Shown in pieces: positions 52,431-61,736 of a DNA stretch of 64,000 bases. Under the pieces are notes generated by a model. That model was not told where the DNA came from. It did no database searches and worked only from the letters and a program-made list of their open reading frames with translations. Both the position numbers and the translations under genes were made by a program. This DNA is from an uncultured candidate division Zixibacteria bacterium (GTDB taxonomy: Bacteria; Zixibacteria; MSB-5A5; GN15; FEB-12): contig CAWDXE010000006.1 of NCBI GenBank assembly GCA_963806185.1, positions 160,001-224,000 on the forward strand, written 5' to 3'. Positions within the stretch are counted from its first letter, which is position 1; each line of letters begins with the position of its first letter.

Positions 52431-52584
52431 GACGAAAATGGGCAGAGGCACCCATTACTCTACCTTCAGAGCATGTTCGTCGAGATGCAACTCAATCCAG
52501 CGTAAGCAATTGAGGGAGGCCCAGGCGAGCCGAGAGCGCGCATCGACCTCCCTTGAGATGTCTGTGATCAGCAAGCCGCCTTTA

Positions 52585-52710
52585 TCAAGTGGTCGGCACG
52601 CCGTACAGCGGCTCGTAGAAATCGAGCGGGCACTTCGTCGTGCACACAATGATCTTCAGAGGGCACGGTTTCGGACCCAGGACAGTTGAGGGGTCAATAA
52701 TGAAAACCAT
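52585..52710 (-). CDS. RiPP precursor A2: MVFIIDPSTVLGPKPCPLKIIVCTTKCPLDFYEPLYGVPTT (41 aa)
   Basis: Translated by hand; GGAGG RBS; double stop TGATAA; shares the MVFIIDPS leader, three Cys and PLYGVP with A1. Confidence 0.9.
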   Translation of the reverse strand: MVFIIDPSTVLGPKPCPLKIIVCTTKCPLDFYEPLYGVPTT

Positions 52711-52940
52711 CTTCGGCCTCCAGGTTTGAGGGTTAATGCATTGCAGAGCGTCTTGCCGCACGGGCCGGCACGACGGTGAAATTCAAAAACTTTGTCCCGC
52801 TTGCGGTAAAGCCGTCAATTGGCTGCGAGGAGTGAGAGGTGCAATACCGCATAAAGCGATGTGTGCTCCAAAGAACCAATTGAGGAGAGAACTCCTCAGT
52901 TGCCGGTTTGACGTACCAATTTGATCAAAAGATATCATCA

Positions 52941-52969
52941 AAAGTGGTGTCTGGTCGCGAGCTTGTCAA
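52941..52969 (-). promoter_or_regulatory. Putative promoter of precursor A2
   Basis: TTGACA-17 nt-CACTTT, mirroring the A1 promoter. Confidence 0.55.
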
Positions 52970-53095
52970 GGACAAACGTAGGTATGAGCGCCGACTTCTC
53001 CATGATACTACGAGGAGAAATGCGCGACCGAGACTCGAGTGTGAGTTGAATTGTGAGGATAACTATTTATCGAGCAACAAGGTAGAGCATGCGGA

Positions 53096-53647
53096 TCACA
53101 GCAGGGGGAGTACTGCTTCGTGCAACGCGGCCCGATAGTGCAGGCCGGCCGAATTGAGACTCCGCATGATAGAACCGTAGCGATCGAAGTCACTCAGGGA
53201 GGCGAGATGTACCTCGCGGATCTCGTCGTGGTCGGTGAAACTAAAATCACCGGCGACGTATTCGCCGAGGAAGACAAATGATCTCCAGAACAAGGTGTCG
53301 TGCTCGTGCACGAAATCGACGGAAGTTCGCAGAAGGAATCGAAGCAGGTTGATTTCGCAGCCGATCTCCTCGCCGACTTCACGATAGACGCCCTCAAGGA
53401 ATGTCTCGCCCGGATGAATGCCACCGGACGGGGCGCGGTAGAGATCGGGTGGATACATGTGCTTGGCGATGACGATCCACTGATCACCTTTGCGCACATA
53501 GAGGGTGGCATCGTGGTTGCGGCCGTGCTTCTGCGTTTGCCGGATGCGAGTGAGCTCGGCCGCGGAGGATTCAATACGAAACCGTACCGGCTTCGGCGCA
53601 CCAAATTGCGCCTCCATCTCCCCTATCATGGCCTCAGTCACAAACAT
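53096..53647 (-). CDS. NUDIX hydrolase
   Basis: Nudix box GGIHPGETFLEGVYREVGEEIG. Confidence 0.85.
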   Translation of the reverse strand: MFVTEAMIGEMEAQFGAPKPVRFRIESSAAELTRIRQTQKHGRNHDATLYVRKGDQWIVIAKHMYPPDLYRAPSGGIHPGETFLEGVYREVGEEIGCEINLLRFLLRTSVDFVHEHDTLFWRSFVFLGEYVAGDFSFTDHDEIREVHLASLSDFDRYGSIMRSLNSAGLHYRAALHEAVLPLL

Positions 53648-53658
53648 CAGACAGTGGC

Positions 53659-54837
53659 CTACAGGAGCGGCGTGATTTCAGCCTGCAGCGGCATAGTGGT
53701 AACTTCGACCCCTTCGTGGCTGATGAGCACGTCGATCTCGGTCCGGAAGCCGCAATCCTTCATGTAGATCCCGGGTTCAATAGAGAAGAGATGGCCCTTT
53801 TGGAGGCGGCGCTTATCCTCGGTTTCCAGATTATCGATATTCGGTCCGGTGCCGTGAACATCAGCCGAAATCGAATGGCCGGTGCGATGAACGAAATAGT
53901 CGCCGTAACCGGCGACGCGGACGATCTCGCGGCAGGCGTCATCGACCTCGGCGCCCAGCACCGGCCGTTTTTCGATATTATCCCGGAGGAATTGAACGGC
54001 GCGATCGCGAGCTTTCATCAGGACGGCAAAGATGTCGGTGTAACGATTGGGTATTGCCGCCCGGGAGCCGGTATACCCCATCCAGGTGATATCGGCAAAG
54101 ACACCGTGTTCGGTCTTGAGCTTACCCCAGAGGTCGATCAGCACCAATTGGTCGTGGCCGATGACGGTGGAGTGAACGGCATCCGGCTCGTAATGCGGAT
54201 CGCCGGCGTGAGCGTCGACGGAGCAATTCGGGCCGTGATCGGTTTCCATGTCGAAGGCCGTGAATTGCTCGCGTATGAATTCACAGACATCCCATTCCGT
54301 GACGCGCTTCTGGTCGTGCAGGGATTTCGTTATGAACGCAAAGGTCTTGTCTTTGATTTCGATGATATTGCGTGCGGCCATGCGATGGGCCGCAATCTCC
54401 TCCGGCGTCAGGCGTGATTGAAAGCGAGCCACGAGATCGGCCGAGGAAACGATCTCGACATTCCACGACCGAATGAGATCGATAGTGCCGGCATCGACCA
54501 TCGCCACATACGGCAGTCGGCCGAGCGGGGAATATTCCATGGCGACTTTGCCGGTTCCGGAGACGGTTTCCTTGAGCTTCTGTTCGAGCATCCGGTAGCC
54601 GGCATAGGCGATGAATTTGCCGGGGAGGTGCTTGAATTTGTTCGCCTCAATGGCGTTGACCAGGGCGACCGGATTGCCGGACGCCGGAATATAGTAGAAT
54701 GACCGTCGCGTCAACATGCCCTTGACGCCAAGGGTGCGGGTGGCAATGAAATTGTATCCGTGAAAATCGGCCAGAAGCCAGCCATCGATCTCGTGTTCCG
54801 TGAGCCATTGCTGAATCGCCGCGATGTCCATCGTCAT
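53659..54837 (-). CDS. M24 family Xaa-Pro peptidase
   Basis: Motifs DPHYEP, LIDLWGK, ADITW, HRTGHSI, FSIEPGIY and RTEID. Confidence 0.88.
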   Translation of the reverse strand: MTMDIAAIQQWLTEHEIDGWLLADFHGYNFIATRTLGVKGMLTRRSFYYIPASGNPVALVNAIEANKFKHLPGKFIAYAGYRMLEQKLKETVSGTGKVAMEYSPLGRLPYVAMVDAGTIDLIRSWNVEIVSSADLVARFQSRLTPEEIAAHRMAARNIIEIKDKTFAFITKSLHDQKRVTEWDVCEFIREQFTAFDMETDHGPNCSVDAHAGDPHYEPDAVHSTVIGHDQLVLIDLWGKLKTEHGVFADITWMGYTGSRAAIPNRYTDIFAVLMKARDRAVQFLRDNIEKRPVLGAEVDDACREIVRVAGYGDYFVHRTGHSISADVHGTGPNIDNLETEDKRRLQKGHLFSIEPGIYMKDCGFRTEIDVLISHEGVEVTTMPLQAEITPLL

Positions 54838-54892
54838 TCTCCGTGTTAGGCCTGGTTTGTATCAGGGTGTAATATATGGCAGAGCCCTGAGC

Positions 54893-54922
54893 TTGACACC
54901 TGATTTGTGGCGGACCTATATT
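54893..54922 (+). promoter_or_regulatory. Sigma70-type promoter
   Basis: TTGACA-18 nt-TATATT. Confidence 0.55.
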
Positions 54923-54952
54923 GCGACACATCGATCAGGAGAGAAACGAATC

Positions 54953-55519
54953 GTGCGAATGGTCATCACGGGTGCGCCGGCATCGGGTAAGACGGTCTTT
55001 TTGGAACGGCTGAAAGGGGTGCCGGAGCTGGCGACATTTGCCTTTTTCGATGAACTCGCCCGCCAACTTCTGATCGAGAATCCGGCCTATCGGACTCAAC
55101 GCACCGAATTTCACCGGGAAATATACCGCCGCCAGACGCGGCGCGAAGATCAATTGGCCGATCAGTCTTTTGTGTCGGATCGCGGCACGGTCGACGCGTT
55201 TGCTTTTCATCCGGAAACGCTTACCCTGGTCGGTACGACTCTGGAACGAGAGTATCGGAGGTATGATCTGGTGGTACAACTTGAGTCTGCGGCCCGGCTG
55301 GGATTGCCCTATTATCAAACCGATACCGTTCGCACCGAAACGCCGAAGGATGCTCTGGTGATTGAGTCGGCGATTGCGTCGGCCTGGAAGGGACATCCCG
55401 GCTACCACCGGGTACCAGCCCGACCGTCATTTGATGACAAATGGGCCGATTTCATTGATTTGACCCTGCGGGAGTTGCGCGACCAGGGGTCGAAACAAAC
55501 GGGCCATAAAAGCGTCTAA
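54953..55519 (+). CDS. AAA_28/NadR-like P-loop NTPase
   Basis: Walker A ITGAPASGKT, SDRGTVDAFAF and YDLVVQL. Confidence 0.8.
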   Translation: MRMVITGAPASGKTVFLERLKGVPELATFAFFDELARQLLIENPAYRTQRTEFHREIYRRQTRREDQLADQSFVSDRGTVDAFAFHPETLTLVGTTLEREYRRYDLVVQLESAARLGLPYYQTDTVRTETPKDALVIESAIASAWKGHPGYHRVPARPSFDDKWADFIDLTLRELRDQGSKQTGHKSV

Positions 55520-55541
55520 TAAGAAATAACCGTTCAAACCT

Positions 55542-57752
55542 ATGCGGAATACTATGAGAATATTCATCTTTCTGCCGGTCTTCCTGCTTGTGGCGATCGT
55601 GGCTCGGGCGGAATCCAGTTTTCTCAAGGAATTTGACAATAATTACGATCTCGCGGGCATGGATTACCTCAACACCGACTGCGAGGTGGCCGACGTCAGC
55701 GATTTCACCTACCAGAAGGACATCGCGACGTTCACTTTCACCAAAGGTCAGTTCTTCTTTGTGCGCTACCTGATGGGGCGGCCGACTACGGCATTTTTTG
55801 TCGGCGAGGGCCGCTGTGACATTGAGATTCCCAATCCGAACGAGGTGCAGTCGCTGATCTGGGCGTCGGGCAAACCGGCGGTACACGAGAAATTCCAGGT
55901 GCTGTTCATCCGTTTTGCGGACGATCTCGACACGCAACTTCGGGAAAAATTCTCATTCCGGAAAGACAAGCTGAGCTGGCGCGACTACAACACGGTCAAG
56001 CAGGCGCAAGGGGAGTTTTTCTTCAATCCGGTCGTGATGCATGAATACGACAATTACTTTGAGCTAATGCGCTCCCTCTATGAACGGCGAGCCGATGGTT
56101 ATTTCTGGGCTGACTTCAACCGGTATTCGTTCACGTTTGATCCCAATCGCCCCGAAGAGGTCATTGTGTCGTATGAAAAAGAGGGTGGCACGATCAGTCT
56201 CACCGACGGCGCCGTTCTGGCGCGCAAAGAGAAGGGAAAGACGACCAACGCCCAGTTGTCGCAGATTGCCTACCCGCTGACCACTCTGTCGCGTATCGGA
56301 ACAATTGAGATGGAGGGACTGGACGGCAAGGCGATAAAGCGCGCCGACGTTGAGATGAAGGTACTCGTGAATGCCGACAGCCTTCGGTTCGTGTCGCTGT
56401 ATCTGCACCGAAATCTGGGTCTCGACTCTCTTTTCTGCAACGGTCGGCCGACAGACATACATCGGCGGGTTGACTTTTCGTTCATCGGCGCGATCCTTCC
56501 GGAATACCATAAGAAGGGTGATACGCTGACTTTTCGTTTCGTCTACCACGGAAAGAATTACTTCTCTCCCCTGCCGTTCGTGGAGGATCCGTCGGCCGCG
56601 ACGCACAACTTGACGTTCATTGTACCCAAGGGATACAATTATATTGTGCCGGGGAGAGGCGAGATTACGATGACGGGGGACGGTCATCAGACCTTTGTCG
56701 TGGCGCCAGCGGAGCCGATGCAGACGATTCAATTTCAGCCGATCGCGGGCGGGTATGACACCATCCCGGTGGTCACTGGTTCAGGGTTGACGCTCAATTT
56801 TCTGAAATCCTCGAATCTGTCGAAAAGTCGCAATGAACATTTTGTGGACGACGCAATTTTTCGATCGACCGTCACCAATGCGTTTGACTTCATGACGACA
56901 CGACTGGGGCAACCCAACGTACTCGATCTGTATGTCTATCCCGAGGAGGTGAACAACCTGCCGGGGCTGATACCGGTGACTCAGGTCATGGAGATAATCG
57001 ACGGTACATCGGGGCTGAACGGTGTCGCGGCACCGTCCGTGGCCCGCCAGTGGTTCGGCGGAATGATGCGTCCGGCGACCGACCGGGAAATCTGGCTGCT
57101 GGACGGCGCGACGGACTATCTGGGTCTGATGTCGCTGACGTCGACGATGGACGGCGGGATGTTCTTCGGGGAATTGCAGCGCCGGCGGAACGAATTATTT
57201 ACCGAACTCGGCATGCAGCACGACATGCCGCTGGCGGACGGTCGCAGGACCAGTTCACTCATCCGCACGATCAAGGGGTGCTGGCTGATGCACCAACTTC
57301 GCTACCTGATGTACGACACCGACAAACAATCGGATCGTAAGTTCATACTATTTCTGCGCGACCTGCTGACCATGGTGAACACACGCGAATACACCAATGA
57401 CGATATCCAGAAGCTGGCCGAACAGCACTACGGCAGTTCACTGGACTGGTTTTTCAACCAGTGGTTGTACGGCATCGGTCTGCCGGAATGCGATGTCACG
57501 TACACCATGGGTCAGAGTGAGACCGGCAGCGTAGTCAATGTCGAGGTGAACACAAAGAAGGTCGGCGCCGATTTCGCCGCACCCGTGATGATGCGGGTGG
57601 CGTTGGCCGACGGAACCTCGGTATACGCGCGACAGACAATCAAGCCGGGACAGACAACGTTCCAACTGGGACCGTACGCCTCAGCCCCCACGGAGTTCGT
57701 GTACAACGAGTTCTTCAGCCTGCTGGCCAAGGACAATGTGAAGAAGAAATAG
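55542..57752 (+). CDS. Secreted M1-aminopeptidase-fold protein lacking HExxH
   Basis: Signal peptide; QWFGG, WLLDGATDY, KGCWLMHQLR and LDWFFNQWLYG match M1 flanking motifs. Confidence 0.7.
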   Translation: MRNTMRIFIFLPVFLLVAIVARAESSFLKEFDNNYDLAGMDYLNTDCEVADVSDFTYQKDIATFTFTKGQFFFVRYLMGRPTTAFFVGEGRCDIEIPNPNEVQSLIWASGKPAVHEKFQVLFIRFADDLDTQLREKFSFRKDKLSWRDYNTVKQAQGEFFFNPVVMHEYDNYFELMRSLYERRADGYFWADFNRYSFTFDPNRPEEVIVSYEKEGGTISLTDGAVLARKEKGKTTNAQLSQIAYPLTTLSRIGTIEMEGLDGKAIKRADVEMKVLVNADSLRFVSLYLHRNLGLDSLFCNGRPTDIHRRVDFSFIGAILPEYHKKGDTLTFRFVYHGKNYFSPLPFVEDPSAATHNLTFIVPKGYNYIVPGRGEITMTGDGHQTFVVAPAEPMQTIQFQPIAGGYDTIPVVTGSGLTLNFLKSSNLSKSRNEHFVDDAIFRSTVTNAFDFMTTRLGQPNVLDLYVYPEEVNNLPGLIPVTQVMEIIDGTSGLNGVAAPSVARQWFGGMMRPATDREIWLLDGATDYLGLMSLTSTMDGGMFFGELQRRRNELFTELGMQHDMPLADGRRTSSLIRTIKGCWLMHQLRYLMYDTDKQSDRKFILFLRDLLTMVNTREYTNDDIQKLAEQHYGSSLDWFFNQWLYGIGLPECDVTYTMGQSETGSVVNVEVNTKKVGADFAAPVMMRVALADGTSVYARQTIKPGQTTFQLGPYASAPTEFVYNEFFSLLAKDNVKKK

Positions 57753-57771
57753 GCGTTCCCAATGACTGGCA

Positions 57772-57801
57772 AAACGGCGGCCGATTGGCCGTCGTTTTTT
57801 T
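57772..57801 (+). terminator. Rho-independent terminator
   Basis: AAACGGCGGCC-GATT-GGCCGTCGTTT followed by TTTT. Confidence 0.8.
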
Positions 57802-58048
57802 GGACTCCGGGCAGCGGATTCGCCGTCGGTCGGCCGGTGGCGGGGTTGGCGGCTGATGGTGTATTGGCGCGTTTGGGCCTACTTTCCTTACTTCAGCGGG
57901 TTGACGCCGTCCGGGTTTTCTTGACATTGTCGTAAACAGCCACGTAGATTACACCTACTATTAAGAAACAGCAGTAACCGATTTGGGTGAACATTCCGCG
58001 GTAATACGCGTATGTTGTGCGGGGTGTACCCCTGAAAGGAGAAAAGAA

Positions 58049-58663
58049 GTGAAGGTTTTCGGAATCATCTTACTGGTCTTGTTGGTGGTTGTACTCGGCG
58101 TGTTCGGCTGGATCTGGTCGGGCCGTGGAGGGTTGATCGAACGCTCGCAGGCGGTTGATGCTCAATGGTCGCAGGTGGAGAACGTGTATCAGCGTCGCTT
58201 TGACCTGGTGCCCAACCTGGTGGCCAGTGTCGACAACTTCATGCAGCGCCAGCAGTCGACTCTCACCGAGGTGATTGCAATGCGCCAGCGCGTGATCGAT
58301 CTTAACGCTCAAGCAACTGATGCGTTGAAGAGCGGCTCGCCGGGCGTGCTCGATTCGATTTCCGGCGCGCTGTCACGCCAGCTCAACTCGTTTATCAACG
58401 TCGTGGTAGAGCGGTACCCGGAAATCAAAGGGGACAATCTGTACAGCGACCTGATGACCCAGCTCGAAGGATCGGAAAACCGGATCGCGCAGGAACGGCG
58501 GACCTACAATGACGTCGTGCGCGAATACAACGTCTATCGTCAGCGCGGCCTCAAAGCGCTGGCGGCCGGCTCCATCTTCGGCTTCCCCTATGAGCGCGAG
58601 TTCTTCAAGGCGCAGGCGGGAGCTGAGACGGCGCCGAATGTCAAAGACATGTTCAACAAGTAA
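58049..58663 (+). CDS. lemA: LemA family protein
   Basis: Motifs WSQVENVYQRRFDLVPNLV, VVERYPEIK and LEGSENRIAQERRTYN. Confidence 0.92.
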   Translation: MKVFGIILLVLLVVVLGVFGWIWSGRGGLIERSQAVDAQWSQVENVYQRRFDLVPNLVASVDNFMQRQQSTLTEVIAMRQRVIDLNAQATDALKSGSPGVLDSISGALSRQLNSFINVVVERYPEIKGDNLYSDLMTQLEGSENRIAQERRTYNDVVREYNVYRQRGLKALAAGSIFGFPYEREFFKAQAGAETAPNVKDMFNK

Positions 58664-58678
58664 CCGGGACCACACTCA

Positions 58679-59424
58679 TTGAAGATTATCAAATTTATCA
58701 TTTGCGCTGTGCTGCTGACCTTCGGGTCGGCAGCACTGGCGTTGCCGGTTCCCGGTTATAACTCACCCGTCACCGATCAGGCCGGCATTCTTTCGTCGTC
58801 GGCCCGACAGCAGATTGAACAGAAGATTCTCGCCTACCGCGATGCGTCGAATAACCAGATCGGCGTGCTCATCATCAAGTCGCTCGACGGCGAGCCGATC
58901 GAGGATTTCGCTCACGACGTATACGTGAAATGGGGTATCGGCGAAAAGGGAAAGGACAACGGCGTCCTCTTCCTCATGTCGATCGACGATCGCCAGACTC
59001 GTCTGGAAGTCGGGTACGGACTCGAAGGAGAGCTGACCGATCTGGAGAGCGGCCGTCTGATCGGGCGGCAGTCGGTCATGGCCGACAATTTCGGGCGGGT
59101 GACTTTGACGCCGGGGTGACCGCGGTGGTCGACGGCATTATCACTGCCATCGGCGGAGAATACCAGATTCCCAAGGACAAGCTGAAGAAGAGCAAAGAGC
59201 ACAAGCCCATTGGTGTGATCATCTTCTTCATCATTCTGGCCGTCTTCATGTTCATCTCACGCGTCGGTCGTTATGGCTCCGGCATCGGTCGATGGGGTGG
59301 CTTCGGCGGACCGTTCGGCGGAGCCGGTTTTGGTTCCTTCGGCGGCAGTGGCGGCGGCGGGGGTGGTGGTTTCAGCTTTGGCGGCGGATCATCGGGCGGC
59401 GGCGGCGCCAGTGGAGGGTGGTGA
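58679..59424 (+). CDS. TPM-domain (YgcG-like) protein with a Gly-rich tail (frameshift ~59090)
   Basis: Motifs VTDQAGIL, WGIGEKGKDNGVL and EVGYGLEG; tail FGGGSSGGGGASGGW in the shifted frame. Confidence 0.85.
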
Positions 59425-59427
59425 GAT

Positions 59428-60060
59428 ATGGCTTCATTGGTTGACAAATATTTTTCAAAGGCCGACTTCGACGCCATATCGTCGGCGGTGGTCGCGGCCG
59501 AACACCGAACCTCCGGCGAACTGGCGATCAAGCTGGCCTCGCATACGCGCGAATGGCTGACCGAGCGGCTGATCTATTCGTCGGTGCTGGCGATCCTGTG
59601 CCTGTCCGTTGCGCTGGTGCTCACGCGTGAGCAAAACTGGGGCCTGTATTACAATTTCAGCCAGGCTCTCATCGGCGGCATCATCGGCTTTGCCGTCGGT
59701 TTCTTTGTCTTGCCGCTCTGGCTGCAAAATGAAACACGGCGGCGGCAAGCGGTCTGGAACCGGGCGGTCTTTGAGTTCTCTCGTCTGACACCGACCAAAG
59801 GGCATACCGGCGTGCTGATTCTCGTCTCGATGGAAGAGCGTCAGGCAGCGATTGTCGCTGACCGGAAGATTGCCGAAAAGCTCCCCCCCGACTACTGGGA
59901 CAAGCCACATGCAATGATTATGGAGGGGATCGGCAAGAGCGAGCATGCTGAGGGAATCATTGCGGCCCTGGACGAAATCGGCAAACGTATGGCGGAGTTT
60001 TTCCCGCGCGCCGATGATGATGTGAACGAGATTCCCGATCGGCCGGAAGTGATAAAGTGA
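59428..60060 (+). CDS. TPM-domain membrane protein of the lemA operon
   Basis: Motifs AEHRTSGEL, TGVLILVS and FPRADDDVNEIPD. Confidence 0.85.
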   Translation: MASLVDKYFSKADFDAISSAVVAAEHRTSGELAIKLASHTREWLTERLIYSSVLAILCLSVALVLTREQNWGLYYNFSQALIGGIIGFAVGFFVLPLWLQNETRRRQAVWNRAVFEFSRLTPTKGHTGVLILVSMEERQAAIVADRKIAEKLPPDYWDKPHAMIMEGIGKSEHAEGIIAALDEIGKRMAEFFPRADDDVNEIPDRPEVIK

Positions 60061-60099
60061 GTTGCTTCCAATCTCCGTTCGAGTCGGTGCGGTTTTTGT

Positions 60100-60133
60100 G
60101 CGGTCAGGCCGAATGGCCTGGCCGCTATTTTTT
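60100..60133 (+). terminator. Rho-independent terminator
   Basis: GCGGTCAGGCC-GAAT-GGCCTGGCCGC followed by TATTTTTTT. Confidence 0.75.
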
Positions 60134-60185
60134 TGGGGTAAGAGTCATTTACCTTTGGACGAAATCTTGGCACTCGTGACCTGCA

Positions 60186-60308
60186 TGTCAGGCTTCTTGA
60201 TCAATTGGAAATAGAAGCCTGACCTACTCCGTACCCCACCGATTTACGGTGGGGTATCTTCTATGGGGGGGGATTCCCGAATACCTCACCGCATAGACGG
60301 TGAGGTAC
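60186..60308. repeat. GTAG-type REP plus composite two-hairpin element, copy 2
   Basis: TGTCAGGCTTCT...AGAAGCCTGACCTAC, then an element matching 8335-8414. Confidence 0.85.
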
Positions 60309-60606
60309 AAACATCAGCGCAGTCGACCGCTTTCTTGCTCTCACCCTTCCGCACCCCCGACCAATACCACCAGTTGCACTTCTCTTTGGGGAGTTTTGGA
60401 TTCTTCGCCTGTGCCACCGCCGCCCGGAAAACGTCGAGCACGCAGATATCCTGTTTCTGTCCGGTAAGACGGTTGAGCCGGGCGTAGAGATGGTCGGGGT
60501 TCTTGCGCGCGAGTTGGGCGACACTGGTGACGCCCAGTCTCTCGAAATCGCCAAGCATTGCTTTGCCGATGCCGCAGAGATCGGCCAGTGTGCGATCATC
60601 TTTCAT
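60286..60606 (-). CDS. Cdd1-like helix-hairpin-helix protein
   Basis: LADLCGIGKAMLGDFERLGV, DICVLDVF and NWWYWS. Confidence 0.75.
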   Translation of the reverse strand: MKDDRTLADLCGIGKAMLGDFERLGVTSVAQLARKNPDHLYARLNRLTGQKQDICVLDVFRAAVAQAKNPKLPKEKCNWWYWSGVRKGESKKAVDCADVCTSPSMR

Positions 60607-60734
60607 AGGTTAGTTCTCCATCCTGTGTTTGAGCAAGGCAATATAATGGATGAGGATGCGGGAACGGATCACATGTTTATCTCGGGTTTCTCCGTGCGGC
60701 TGCACGGCACTCCGGAATCCGGCCTGCAGCCCTA

Positions 60735-61736
60735 TCATGCGTCGGCGAATTCGGAAAAATCGATGTCCACAAACGGCAGGCCGGCTTCGATTCGCTCGCG
60801 GCGACCGGCCATGAACTGCAATATCCAGTCGTCGTCCGGAAGATTACTGACATCGAAACTTCGGTAGATCACCCCGTACAAATCGATCTCGCGAAGCGTG
60901 AGAAAGCGGGCGAGCGTCGGCAGCCACTCCGGCGCCAGTCGATTGTGCCTGCGGTACCCCTCGAGGAAAGGGGGCAGAAAGTGGCGGGTCAGCGCCGGTT
61001 TATCTTCGGCCACAGCTAAGACGTAGAACAACACAATGGCGATGTCGTTGGCGAACCAGCTGTAGGTGCAATCGTCAAAGTCAAACAGGGTGATCTTTCC
61101 CTGATCGTCGACAAAGAAATTCCCGCTGTGCGCGTCCTGATGGATCAGACCGTACGTCTCCCGCGTAATCGCCAACTTCGCGAGCGATGCCAACAGATCG
61201 CGAAACCGTTCCCGAACAACCACTTGGTCGGGCGGCAGAAAATGAATTATATCCAGCATCGCCGGATCATTCCAGTGGCCGCGTCGCCACTCGGGGCGTG
61301 AGGGCTCGTACTCCTTGGTGAGCGCGTGCATCCGACCGATGAGCTCGCCGTAGGTGGTAAGGAAGGCGGGTGTCCAGTGCTCCCGTTTCAGCCTCTCCCC
61401 CTTTGCCCTTTCAAAAGCAGTCGCAAGGAACTGGCCACCGTGGCCGTCGTCAATCGCCTCAACCAGTTCACCATCATCAGACTCGATCGCCCGGGCCACG
61501 CCGACTCCATGGGCATGCAGGTAGTTGAGCCAGTCGACCTCGCTGTTGATCAGCGCCCTGGTGCGCCGAATGCTGTGCGCGAGGCGGAGGATATACCCCC
61601 GGGACTGGCGGTCAAACTCATATATAAAGCTCTCGAACCCGTCGAGGAGCCGGATCGCCTCCGACCGGATGCTGTAGCGCCGCATGGCCTGGGCCAGAAT
61701 TTCGTCGGTAAATCGTTCTTTAATGCGATGTTCCAT
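60735..61736 (-). CDS. APH-fold phosphotransferase, amicoumacin-kinase (AmiN/YerI)-like
   Basis: Motifs ILRLAHSIRR, EVDWLNYL, YGLIHQDAHSGNF and LFDFDD. Confidence 0.8.
   Translation of the reverse strand: MEHRIKERFTDEILAQAMRRYSIRSEAIRLLDGFESFIYEFDRQSRGYILRLAHSIRRTRALINSEVDWLNYLHAHGVGVARAIESDDGELVEAIDDGHGGQFLATAFERAKGERLKREHWTPAFLTTYGELIGRMHALTKEYEPSRPEWRRGHWNDPAMLDIIHFLPPDQVVVRERFRDLLASLAKLAITRETYGLIHQDAHSGNFFVDDQGKITLFDFDDCTYSWFANDIAIVLFYVLAVAEDKPALTRHFLPPFLEGYRRHNRLAPEWLPTLARFLTLREIDLYGVIYRSFDVSNLPDDDWILQFMAGRRERIEAGLPFVDIDFSEFADA

Noticed and set aside
52455..52649. Track ORF MCARRSARS... as the precursor
   Set aside because: It overlaps the true A2 precursor in another frame and lacks an RBS.
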